A DNA stretch of 63,239 nt from Octopus bimaculoides. Lineage: Eukaryota. This document shows positions 62,656-63,239 of this stretch, piece by piece. The translations under genes and the position numbers were made by a program. Location: assembly GCF_001194135.2 (NCBI RefSeq), contig NC_068991.1:6557561-6620799 (forward strand). The letters are read 5' to 3'. Position 1 is the first letter of the stretch; each line of letters begins with the position of its first letter. The notes under the pieces were generated by a model. That model saw only the letters and a program-made list of their open reading frames with translations. It made no database searches and was not told the origin of the DNA.

Positions 62656-63239
62656 CTAATACAAAAATTACGAAGTACATTATTATAGTAATTGATCATT
62701 AGGACAAGATGCTCTGCCAACAAAAGCATCTGCCAGCCCAAAGCCTTGAAAAGCAAATCCCAAGCAAAACAGTGGCAGCACCGAGGCCAAAAAGCCTATT
62801 CCTTCCTACCAATCATGCAGCAGAAAACACTTAAACGTGTCAGTTCAACAAACTCACAACAAACCTAATAATTCTTTCTGCTTTCCAACAAAAGATTGGA
62901 AAGAATAGTGAGAAGCTAGTAGAATGTTAGAAGAAATACTTAACGTCTATGCTAGTAGCAGAAGACATGAGAAGAATGCTGTGCTGGTTTGAATTAAGTG
63001 AAAAGTAGTGACTTATAATTGCGTTGAGTGCTGTTAAAACTGTTTCACTTGAATACACAAGTGCATAGAAGCAACAACTTTTAATACAATTTTAAACATT
63101 TTGGCAATCAATAGTTAAAGCTTTTCTTGCAAGGAGTAGCGTTAGTTTTTTGTGAATGGGAGGAAATGGATATAAATGGATTTAATTTTTTTTTTTTTTT
63201 TTAAAGTTTCAAGGAGAATTTCAATTTTAAGCAATAGTC

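Overview
AT-rich, microsatellite- and SINE-dense animal genomic DNA with many N gaps. The SINE families and composition suggest an octopod cephalopod (inference from memory, no search run). Four intron-split genes were rebuilt by hand, checking splice sites and reading phase: (1) neudesin/NENF-like, minus strand, three of four expected coding exons found (18851-5849), with exon 2 probably in an assembly gap; (2) RRP36, minus strand, 9 coding exons (44049-36693), including an ATG-only first exon and a 16-nt micro-exon; (3) GINS1/PSF1, plus strand, 7 exons (44382-50421), head-to-head with RRP36 across only 332 bp; (4) the last 5 exons of a beta-spectrin, minus strand, covering the PH domain and C-terminus. 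The rest is tRNA-derived SINEs, decayed RTE-LINE and hAT fragments, Tc1/mariner and hAT MITEs, and simple repeats. The most striking non-genic signals are two minimal type-I hammerhead-ribozyme-like motifs with an extra A after the CUGANGA box and a palindromic ACGT stem III (15294-15329, 19490-19535), a third decayed copy, and two long fold-back elements. No CRISPR, rRNA or genuine tRNA gene is supported. Repeat boundaries are approximate.
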